DNA of 46,777 nucleotides from an uncultured Candidatus Saccharibacteria bacterium. Its GTDB lineage: Bacteria > Patescibacteriota > Minisyncoccia > Minisyncoccales > GWA2-46-15. Where the stretch lies: the NCBI GenBank assembly GCA_964551525.1, contig CAZKCH010000003.1, positions 1 through 46,777 of the forward strand, read 5' to 3'. Every line of letters begins with the position of its first letter. Position 1 is the first letter of the stretch. Under the pieces are notes generated by a model that saw nothing but the letters and a program-made list of their open reading frames with translations, had not been told where the DNA came from and searched no databases. Shown here in pieces: positions 40,356 through 46,777 of the stretch. The position numbers were made by a program, and so were the translations under genes.

Positions 40356-43300
40356 TTACTCCGCAGAAACAGGGACGCTTTCGGCCGGTGCTGACTCTAC
40401 TACGGGCGCTGGAGCGGACTCTATCACGGGCACTGATTCTACCACGGGCGCCGGAGCAGGTTCTGCTACTGCCGGAACTTCCGGGGCGGGCGCGGGTTCT
40501 GGCACTGATTCTATCACCGGTGTCAACTCTACTGATGGCGCTGGCTCAACTAAAGGCGCTGACTCTGATTCCGGTATAACCGGCTCTGCCTCTGGAACTT
40601 CTGGTATAACCTCTGGCGCGGGCTCTGCTTCTGGAACTGGTGTTGTTTCTGGCTCGGCTGAAGTTTCCGGCACATCCTCCAGGAGTCCGTCCTCCAGGAG
40701 TCCGACTCCTGGAGATGGTTCTGGAGTAATTTCTTGGCTATCGCCTGCTGTACCTACGGCGGAATCATCACAATCCCCTCTGAACTTCTGCCACTCGCCG
40801 TTTTCTATCCAAACGCACCAGGTCTCGCCAGTCGCATTATCAACCATTTCCATTTTGTCCAAGCGCGCCTCGTTAACGGTTATCTTTTCGGCAAAAATTT
40901 CTTTCAAGCTGGCCATGCCGTTTTCAATAACAAGCCCGAGCGAAGCGAGGGCCTGCTTAACTTTCTCGGCAAATAACTCCGCCGTTGTTTTTGGCGCCGG
41001 CGCCGGCTGGCCGTCTGCCAAGACCCCTTCCGCGCTAAGATTATTATTTACGCCCAGCATTTTTTGCAATTCTACAATTTGTTTTTGCTGTTCTTTGATG
41101 CCTTCAACCAAAAGCGCAGTTAGTTTTTCATAATGAATGCTGTAATACTCTTCACCGCTGTCGCTGTTAGTGAAAGCGAATGTCGCTTCGGGCAAAACCG
41201 CCATCACATCCTGGGCGGAAAGGCCCAGCCGTTTTTTGGCATCATCGGCATCTTCAAGAGAATTGTAAAGAAAACCATTAAGAGCGGTGATCTTTTCCAA
41301 GGCGTTTTCAATGGGAGTAATATTCTTTTTCAAACGAATGTCGGAAGTAACTAAGCCGAGATTTCCCGTACCGTCGTCTCTATAAACCGCAGTGTCGCCG
41401 TCAGCCGTCCAAACGCTCATTTGAATCCGGCCGATCACATCCAAGGCCTGGTCAGGAGAAACTTCGCCGATGCCGAGATATCCGCTTTCATTAAGCCGCA
41501 TCGCTTCGGTTAAAGTGCCGGCCCGCATCGTGGAAAAAGCAAGGGCACCGTCTTCAGTGGCATCAGAAACATCAACGGCAATAGCGGTCAGACGGCCGTA
41601 ATTAATCTGTTCATCAGCATCATTCTGGCCAGCCAAAGTCAGGAAAACAATGTTGTCGCTGTCAGCCGGCGTGGCTGAATTGTGATGGAAAATCGCCTCA
41701 ATACCAGTGGCGCCGTCGGCATGCGAACGAGCCGTCAAATTGCCAAGCTGGTCAACCATAAATGCCTCCTGATGCTGGGGCTCACCGGAATTATCACGGT
41801 CGTTGTTATAAACATTAAAAACCTTAAAAATATTATTAACCACCACTGTATCTTTAACGAGCGTGGAAGAGGTAAGCGAAGTCAGCACCGTATCCAAGGA
41901 AACATCAGAGGTTTCGAGCCAGGCAGTAGTAGTGTTTTGTTCAACGATGGCTAAGATGAATGCATCTCCTCTTGATTGTTTGGTTCCCAGATCATATTGA
42001 GTATTGTAGTAACCGGAAACAGAGATATCTTGGACTCGATCAATATTGAAAGCATTGCCCGAATCATCGGTCTTGGCATTATCTATGGTGTAGGTATCAA
42101 CTCTAGAATCGGAATCAATACCAAGAATAGAAACTGCTCCGTCATCTGCGTTTCCTGTTCCTACAAAAATGACTTGATTACCGTCATCAACAACAATAGC
42201 ATAAACATCATCTTCGCCGTTTTGTAATTGCTGGAGATCGTCGGTGTCGGTAACGCCATCGTCATCGGTATCAACTAAAGTATTGTGCATCTGCTTGGCT
42301 CGTTTGCCGACTTCGTATATTTGTTTGACTTGACCATATGATAATGTTTCGGCGGTAATCATCACCTCGTCTATGGTTCCGGCAAAAGGAGTAAGAGTAG
42401 CGACCGCGTCATCGGCATCATAGTCGGCAATAGTGAAATCGCTTGTTACATCTTCAAGTCCCAGGAAGGAAGCGTTAAGGGAAGAGGAGTTAACTACTCC
42501 ATCTACATATAGTTTGGCATCTCCAGCTGCTCCTGCCACTCCACCGTTAAATGTTGCTGTCAGATGATACCAGGTAGAGACAGCCACTTTATCAACAGCC
42601 TGAGTAGCTGTTATTGTCTGGTCAGTACTCTCATCATACACATCAAACTGGAAGTTACCTGTTGTGTCAGCATCATCATTCTCAAGAATAACCCTGTATC
42701 CTCTTTGAGCACTGGTTGCATCCCATTTACCAACAATCAGATCCTGTTCAGTGGAACCTGGCATAGTATCTACATATACCCAGGCTGAGACACTGAAAGC
42801 TTCACTACCATTAAAGTCTAAATCAGCATCTGAAAGAGTAGGAATACTTAATAACTCTGTACTTCCGTCAAATGAAGCTCCTTTACCTCTGACTCCAGTA
42901 ACTGCATCTCCTGAATCAATGTTAGTTGCTGTTAATACATTGGCCTTTACAGATAAATCTTCCAGATCAGCATTAGCCTTGTCCATATTCAAAGGCCACA
43001 TAGCTCTCACATCTCCCACCATCTCTTCAGTGATATATGAAGTCGTGTAATACTTTACCGATCCATTACTTTCATCTCCGGCTTTGTCATTAATGACAGT
43101 CATTCCATCTCCATGAGCTACATAGATAGTATCTGATGAGCCATCAACTGTGGAAGTTCCTTGTGTGACAAAAAGCGAGTGGATAGTTGATAATGTGGGT
43201 GCAGCTGCGTCTTCAGTCAACGACGGAGTTGAAGCTTCATCCCAGACTTTATCTGGTGTTCCATTAGCTTCAGAAGCTGTATCTAAATGAACATTATTCC

Positions 43301-46300
43301 ATTTTTCTACTTGTGCCAGAGTGTTATTGTACCCATATAGTTCTCCTCCTGGAGTCAGCCAAGCGCCATAATAGGAATTGCCTGTGACATCTGAGTAAGT
43401 GTAGGCAGTATTATCAGTGTCGTTGACAACGACTAAATAAGAAAGGGTTGCAACAGCAATATATGTTTTACCGTTGATAATTTGTGGAGTAGCAACATCA
43501 CGGATATTACCATCACTGACAGTTGATTTAACAGTAATTCCGTCCGTATCTTTAGTGGCATTTCTTTGGGAGAGATTGCCTTTGTATGCGCCCAGATAAG
43601 TGGTTGTATGATAGTTGTAAGCTGAGTCGGTATTTAAATCTATTCTGACAAGACCGGTACTAACAGTCCCTACATAAATGACACCATTTAAGGCAGAGAT
43701 TGTATAAGGCTGCGACTCTAAAATATCTGTTGAGGCAACTGCAAATCTCATCCACATCGTATTATCCTGTGCATCAAAGATGTACATATTGGTGTTTGTG
43801 GCAACAATTACTGCCTTCTGAGGAAACTCCCTGCTTCCACAACGGTCATCGGTGCCAATCACACAAGCTGATCCTATATTATCAATGGTTTCGTTGTACC
43901 AGGAGGAAGCTTTTGTTTTTTCAGAAAATCTCCAAGCACCGCCATCAGAATCTTTAGTAGTATCATATATATAAATACTACTGGTGCTAGCACCTGAAAG
44001 TGCTTTCCTGTCAATCTTGCCTTTGAGGATGGTGTCTTTGCCGCCATTTTGGGTGATGGTACTGGCTACGGTTAAGATACCATCGGCAAATAAGTCTCCG
44101 TCTACTTCAAGATCATCGGAGATAAAGACGTCGGAGGAGCTGGTGACTTCTCCTGTTGCCGTATGGGAAGCATCACCGGTGCCAATGGTATTGTAGCTGT
44201 TGCCATCAGGGGTTGAGTCGGCAAACGAGAAAGCTCCTGATGATGTCAAATATCCGGTTGAATCCACAGTAAAACTATTGGCCGGAAACGGTTCTCCTGT
44301 TGTAGTATCCCTGCCATTGGCATCTGAGTTGACAACTTTTAGAAGGTTATTGGCAATAAGAGTGTCTTTAACAAGATTAGGAGAAGTAAGCGAAGCTATA
44401 GCAGTATCCAGAGAAACATCTGAGGTTTCCAGCCAGGCAGTGGTGGTATTTGACTCAATAATAGCGATTGTAAAGGCATCTCCTCTTGCCTGTTTTGTGC
44501 CTAAATCATACTGAACATTGTAGTTGCCGGAAACAGCAATATCATAAAAACGGTCAATATTAAAAGCATTTCCACTATCATCTGTCTTGGCATTGTCAAC
44601 GGTATATGTATCCACTCTTGAATCAGAATCAATACCAATGACAGATACAGCTCCATCATCAAGATTGCCTGTTCCTACAAATACAGCCTGGTTTCCATCA
44701 TCAACAGCAATAGCGTAAGTATCATCCTCGCCATTCTGCAATTGCTGGAGATCGTCTGTATCGGTGATACCGTCATCATCGGTATCTGCACTGGTATTGT
44801 GCATCTGTTTGGCTCGTTTACCAACTTCATATATCTGTTTAACTTGTCCAATTGATAATGTCTCAGCTGTCACCATTACCTCATCAATAGTTCCAGTAAA
44901 AGCTGTATCTGTTGCAACTATATCATCAGCATCATAATCAGCAATGGTAAAGTCAGATGTTACATCTTCAAGTCCTAAGAAAGAAGCATTAAGAGCTGAT
45001 GAGTTAACTACTCCGTCAACATATAGTTTGGCATCACCAGCTGCTCCTGTCACTCCACCATTAAATACAGCTGTCAGATGATACCATGTAGAGACAGCCA
45101 CTTTGTCAACAGCCTGAGTGGCTGTTATTGTCTGGTCAGTACTCTCATCATACACATCAAACTGGAAGTTACCGGTTGTGTCAGCATCATCATTCTCAAG
45201 AATAACCCTGTATCCTCTTTGAGCACTGGTTGCATCCCATTTACCAACAATCAGATCCTGTTCAGTGGAACCTGGCATAGTATCTACATATACCCAGGCT
45301 GAGACACTGAAAGCTTCACTACCATTAAAGTCTAAATCAGCATCTGAAAGAGTAGGAATACTTAATAACTCTGTACTTCCGTCAAATGAAGCTCCTTTAC
45401 CTCTGACACCTGTGACTGCATCTCCTGAGTCAATATTGGTGGCTGTTAAGACATTGGCCTTTACAGATAAATCTTCCAGATCAGCATTGGTCTTGTCCAT
45501 ATTCAAAGGCCACATCGCTCTCACATCTCCCACCATTTCTTCAGTGATATATGAAGTTGTATAATATTTGACACTGCCATTTGTCTCATCTCCGGCCTTG
45601 TCATTAATCACTGTCATTCCATCTCCATGGGCAAAGTAAATCGTGTCACTTGTTCCATCAACAGTTGAGGTGCCTGGGATGACGAAAAGCGAATGATAAA
45701 CAGTTGCTGTTGGCGCGGCTGCATCTTCAGTTAACGATGGAGTTGACGCTTCATCCCAAACTTTGTCTGGAGTTCCATTAGTCTCCGAAGCCGTATCCAA
45801 ATGAACATTATTCCATTTTTCCAGTTGCGATTGTGTAGTATTGTATGCATACAGTTCTCCTCCCGGAGTAAGCCAGACACCGTAATAATCGTCACCAGTG
45901 ACATCGGAATAGGCATAAGCGGTATTATCCATTTCATTAATAACGCTTAAGTAGTAGTCGGTAGCAATAGCCACATAAGTTTTGCCATTGATAATTTGCG
46001 GAGGGGCAATATCATAGACAGAAGCAGGATTGGTACCAACTGCAGCTTTGGCAGCAATACCGTCAGTATCTTTAGCGGCGTTTCTTTGAGATAGATTACC
46101 CTTATAAGTACCTAAGAATGTACTTCCATGGTAGCAATAAGATGAATCAGTAGTGAAATCGATTCGAGTAAGAAGGTAAGAGCCTAAGCCTACATAAATA
46201 ACACCGTTTGATGCAGAAATACCCCAAACACTTGAGCTTTCAAGAATGTTCATTGAGGCGGCCGCAAACTTCATCCATAAAGTATTGTCCTTGGCATCAA

Positions 46301-46777
46301 AGACATATAAGCCGCCACTGGTCGCCAATAAAATTGCTTTCTGGGGAAATTCCTTACTTCCGCAGCGGTCATTGGAAGCAATCACACAAGCAGCTCCTGT
46401 ATTGTCAATTGTTTCGTTATACCATGAGGAATTTTTAGCTTTCTCGGAATATCTCCAGGCTCCTCCGTCAGAGTCTTTAGCAGTATCATAAACATATGCT
46501 GAATACTGTGTACCACCAGTGGCTTTCCTGTCAATCTTGCCTTTGAGAATGGTGTCTTTGCCGCTGGCTTGAGTAATTGTGTTATCAGCAAATAAATTAG
46601 TATCAACCTCAAGATCGCCGGAAACCAAAAGATCAGAGGAACTGGTGACTTCGCCCGTTGCCGTATGTGAAGCATCACCTGTACCAATGGTATTGTAGTT
46701 ATTTCCATCAGGGATGGAATCGCCGAATGAAAAAGCTCCGGAGGAAGTTAAATAGCCGGTTGAGTCAACCGTAAAAC
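40356..46777 (-). CDS. Giant modular surface/tail-fibre-like protein, 5' end outside the window
   Basis: The reading frame stays open from the stop at 40356 to the window edge, and 46629-46777 translates as FTVDSTGYLTSSGAFSFGD... with no stop. There are two complete modules of about 835 aa plus the tail of a third. Each module carries a LamG-like domain, and the C-terminus has a Peptidase_S74-like domain and a Pro/Glu-rich tail. Confidence 0.85.
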   Translation of the reverse strand, partial: FTVDSTGYLTSSGAFSFGDSIPDGNNYNTIGTGDASHTATGEVTSSSDLLVSGDLEVDTNLFADNTITQASGKDTILKGKIDRKATGGTQYSAYVYDTAKDSDGGAWRYSEKAKNSSWYNETIDNTGAACVIASNDRCGSKEFPQKAILLATSGGLYVFDAKDNTLWMKFAAASMNILESSSVWGISASNGVIYVGLGSYLLTRIDFTTDSSYCYHGSTFLGTYKGNLSQRNAAKDTDGIAAKAAVGTNPASVYDIAPPQIINGKTYVAIATDYYLSVINEMDNTAYAYSDVTGDDYYGVWLTPGGELYAYNTTQSQLEKWNNVHLDTASETNGTPDKVWDEASTPSLTEDAAAPTATVYHSLFVIPGTSTVDGTSDTIYFAHGDGMTVINDKAGDETNGSVKYYTTSYITEEMVGDVRAMWPLNMDKTNADLEDLSVKANVLTATNIDSGDAVTGVRGKGASFDGSTELLSIPTLSDADLDFNGSEAFSVSAWVYVDTMPGSTEQDLIVGKWDATSAQRGYRVILENDDADTTGNFQFDVYDESTDQTITATQAVDKVAVSTWYHLTAVFNGGVTGAAGDAKLYVDGVVNSSALNASFLGLEDVTSDFTIADYDADDIVATDTAFTGTIDEVMVTAETLSIGQVKQIYEVGKRAKQMHNTSADTDDDGITDTDDLQQLQNGEDDTYAIAVDDGNQAVFVGTGNLDDGAVSVIGIDSDSRVDTYTVDNAKTDDSGNAFNIDRFYDIAVSGNYNVQYDLGTKQARGDAFTIAIIESNTTTAWLETSDVSLDTAIASLTSPNLVKDTLIANNLLKVVNSDANGRDTTTGEPFPANSFTVDSTGYLTSSGAFSFADSTPDGNSYNTIGTGDASHTATGEVTSSSDVFISDDLEVDGDLFADGILTVASTITQNGGKDTILKGKIDRKALSGASTSSIYIYDTTKDSDGGAWRFSEKTKASSWYNETIDNIGSACVIGTDDRCGSREFPQKAVIVATNTNMYIFDAQDNTMWMRFAVASTDILESQPYTISALNGVIYVGTVSTGLVRIDLNTDSAYNYHTTTYLGAYKGNLSQRNATKDTDGITVKSTVSDGNIRDVATPQIINGKTYIAVATLSYLVVVNDTDNTAYTYSDVTGNSYYGAWLTPGGELYGYNNTLAQVEKWNNVHLDTASEANGTPDKVWDEASTPSLTEDAAAPTLSTIHSLFVTQGTSTVDGSSDTIYVAHGDGMTVINDKAGDESNGSVKYYTTSYITEEMVGDVRAMWPLNMDKANADLEDLSVKANVLTATNIDSGDAVTGVRGKGASFDGSTELLSIPTLSDADLDFNGSEAFSVSAWVYVDTMPGSTEQDLIVGKWDATSAQRGYRVILENDDADTTGNFQFDVYDESTDQTITATQAVDKVAVSTWYHLTATFNGGVAGAAGDAKLYVDGVVNSSSLNASFLGLEDVTSDFTIADYDADDAVATLTPFAGTIDEVMITAETLSYGQVKQIYEVGKRAKQMHNTLVDTDDDGVTDTDDLQQLQNGEDDVYAIVVDDGNQVIFVGTGNADDGAVSILGIDSDSRVDTYTIDNAKTDDSGNAFNIDRVQDISVSGYYNTQYDLGTKQSRGDAFILAIVEQNTTTAWLETSDVSLDTVLTSLTSSTLVKDTVVVNNIFKVFNVYNNDRDNSGEPQHQEAFMVDQLGNLTARSHADGATGIEAIFHHNSATPADSDNIVFLTLAGQNDADEQINYGRLTAIAVDVSDATEDGALAFSTMRAGTLTEAMRLNESGYLGIGEVSPDQALDVIGRIQMSVWTADGDTAVYRDDGTGNLGLVTSDIRLKKNITPIENALEKITALNGFLYNSLEDADDAKKRLGLSAQDVMAVLPEATFAFTNSDSGEEYYSIHYEKLTALLVEGIKEQQKQIVELQKMLGVNNNLSAEGVLADGQPAPAPKTTAELFAEKVKQALASLGLVIENGMASLKEIFAEKITVNEARLDKMEMVDNATGETWCVWIENGEWQKFRGDCDDSAVGTAGDSQEITPEPSPGVGLLEDGLLEDVPETSAEPETTPVPEAEPAPEVIPEVPEAEPVIPESESAPLVEPAPSVELTPVIESVPEPAPAPEVPAVAEPAPAPVVESVPVIESAPAPVVESAPAESVPVSAE
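40675..40714. repeat. Palindromic repeat family 3, copy inside coding sequence
   Basis: TCCTCCAGGAGTCCGTCCTCCAGGAGTCCGACTCCTGGAG contains the hairpin CTCCAGGAGT-CCG-ACTCCTGGAG (40692-40714). It matches 22101-22135 at about 33 of 36 positions and reads in frame as GVGLLEDGLLED. Confidence 0.7.
41750..46777. repeat. Tandem repeat of about 2.5 kb coding modules (period 2502-2514 nt), at least 2 copies plus a partial third
   Basis: Homologous landmarks are 42564/45078 and 42751/45265 (offset 2514) and 44114/46616 (offset 2502). The boundaries are approximate. Confidence 0.8.

Noticed and set aside
40336-41133. 265-aa plus-strand ORF (Ser/Gly/Thr/Ala-rich) opposite the 3' end of the giant gene
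   Set aside because: It is the mirror image of the Pro/Glu-rich coding repeats on the minus strand. The minus-strand frame carries recognisable domains and the plus-strand frame does not.
42607-42893. Diversity-generating retroelement (TR/VR pair) as an explanation for the near-identical tract
   Set aside because: Differences in the flanking, more diverged sequence are not restricted to adenine positions of one copy. Both copies are internal to one ORF. No reverse transcriptase gene is present in the window.
46382-46708. TTG start at 46628 for the giant ORF, and the separate 108-aa ORF at 46382-46708
   Set aside because: The giant frame remains open to the window edge, and the extra 149 nt translate into sequence homologous to the internal module. 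The start is therefore outside the window. The 108-aa ORF is an off-frame overlap.
40356-46777. Prophage interpretation of the tail-fibre-like giant gene
   Set aside because: No capsid, terminase, portal, tail-tube or integrase genes are nearby within the window. Tail-fibre/S74 domains also occur in cellular surface proteins. The sequence beyond 46777 is unseen, so this rejection is provisional.

Overview
The window looks like a chromosomal segment of a small-genome bacterium. Gene content and style suggest a CPR/Patescibacteria-type organism, but that is inference only. The standard code 11 yields intact GroEL, RpoB and RpoC. Most of the window is core genes: tRNA-Ser, htpX-lemA, groES-groEL, a CapA-family gene, a secG-like gene, a family-5 substrate-binding protein (SBP), a cupin-type PGI, tRNA-Leu, RNase J, trpS, PGM/PMM, rpsF-ssb-rpsR, recA, ftsK, an NYN-domain gene, rpoB-rpoC, two tandem O-antigen-ligase/TPR membrane proteins, and yraN-comM-dprA. 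Five things stand out. (1) At 12.3-16.0 kb there is an E. coli-style two-layer tryptophan control module: a promoter with an ACTAGT-centred palindrome, a TrpR/YerC-family gene, a translationally coupled 31-codon leader ORF with three consecutive Trp codons, and a 1:2/2:3/3:4 attenuator ending in an intrinsic terminator. It sits in front of a divergent, apparently orphan trpD-like gene, followed by a BtpA-family barrel gene and trpS. (2) Two diverged HUH/Y1 (IS200/RAYT-like) genes are each tightly bracketed by their own pair of near-identical palindromes. (3) A decayed IS481-like element with terminal inverted repeats sits just upstream of a candidate rpoB promoter. (4) A third palindromic repeat family has one intergenic copy and one in-frame copy inside a coding region. 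(5) A giant ORF (more than 2,140 codons, 5' end cut by the window edge) is built from about 2.5 kb tandem modules, with a 287-nt almost identical core, LamG-like domains, a tail-fibre Peptidase_S74-type chaperone domain and a Pro/Glu-rich tail. No CRISPR array and no rRNA were seen.
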